Program-made: the position numbers and the translations under genes
The notes under the pieces: generated by a model
The model's database searches: none
What the model saw: only the letters and a program-made list of their open reading frames with translations
Told to the model about the DNA's origin: nothing
IMG/VR virus record: IMGVR_UViG_3300025168_000114
Span: 1 to 54,184 of that record
Reading direction: 5' to 3' (one strand)
DNA: 54,184 bases
From: a virus
Taxonomy: Duplodnaviria; Caudoviricetes
Shown: piece after piece, positions 54,031-54,184 of the stretch
Layout of the letters: each line of letters starts with the position of its first letter
Position numbering within the stretch: position 1 is the first letter of the stretch

Positions 54031-54184
54031 AGAAGAGCTGACTTTTCCTGCGGAGCCAGGGGGGGGTGGGGGGAAGGGGGGCCTTTACCTTTTAAAGGGG
54101 GGTGCCTTTTAACCCTCGGCAATTTTTTCCCACCAAATAACTGCCAGCACTTCTCCGGACCTGATGGGTCAGGGGGTAGGTCAT
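54031..54184. repeat. Right copy of direct terminal repeat
   Basis: Matches 1-155 with a 1 nt homopolymer indel; indicates a complete or circularisable genome. Confidence 0.95.

Overview
The window appears to be a complete ~54 kb tailed dsDNA phage genome of podovirus-type organisation, bounded by a 155/154 bp direct terminal repeat. Two arms diverge from a ~1.4 kb non-coding control region that spans the ends and converge at ~34.77 kb. The + arm carries an RHH regulator, primase-helicase, terminase, portal, scaffold, major capsid, decoration, tail adaptor and nozzle, ejection proteins (including a lytic transglycosylase and a 3025 aa polyvalent protein with ADP-ribosyltransferase and zincin domains) and a cluster of small late genes. 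The - arm carries many small early genes, a Gp88-like protein, two short C5-methyltransferase-like paralogs, an SNF2-like helicase, a metallophosphoesterase, lysis genes, a Cas4-like/Sak4/SSB recombination module, a UDG-fused family A DNA polymerase and an SMC-like ATPase. I see no integrase, CI-like repressor, RNA polymerase, tRNA or CRISPR array. Three observations stand out. (1) An ~18 aa peptide (consensus TLANKRNEYLDKTYDKDL) is shared by four consecutive, otherwise unrelated late genes, with a degenerate fifth copy that resembles the scaffold C-terminus; it is a candidate capsid-loading tag. (2) A cluster of CTG-N10-CAG boxes in the control region matches the Myxococcus-type LexA operator, suggesting a Myxococcota host and SOS-coupled control. 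(3) Repeated [LM][FY]Q motifs bracket the effector domains of the giant polyvalent protein. All family assignments come from motif recognition by eye; no database search was run.
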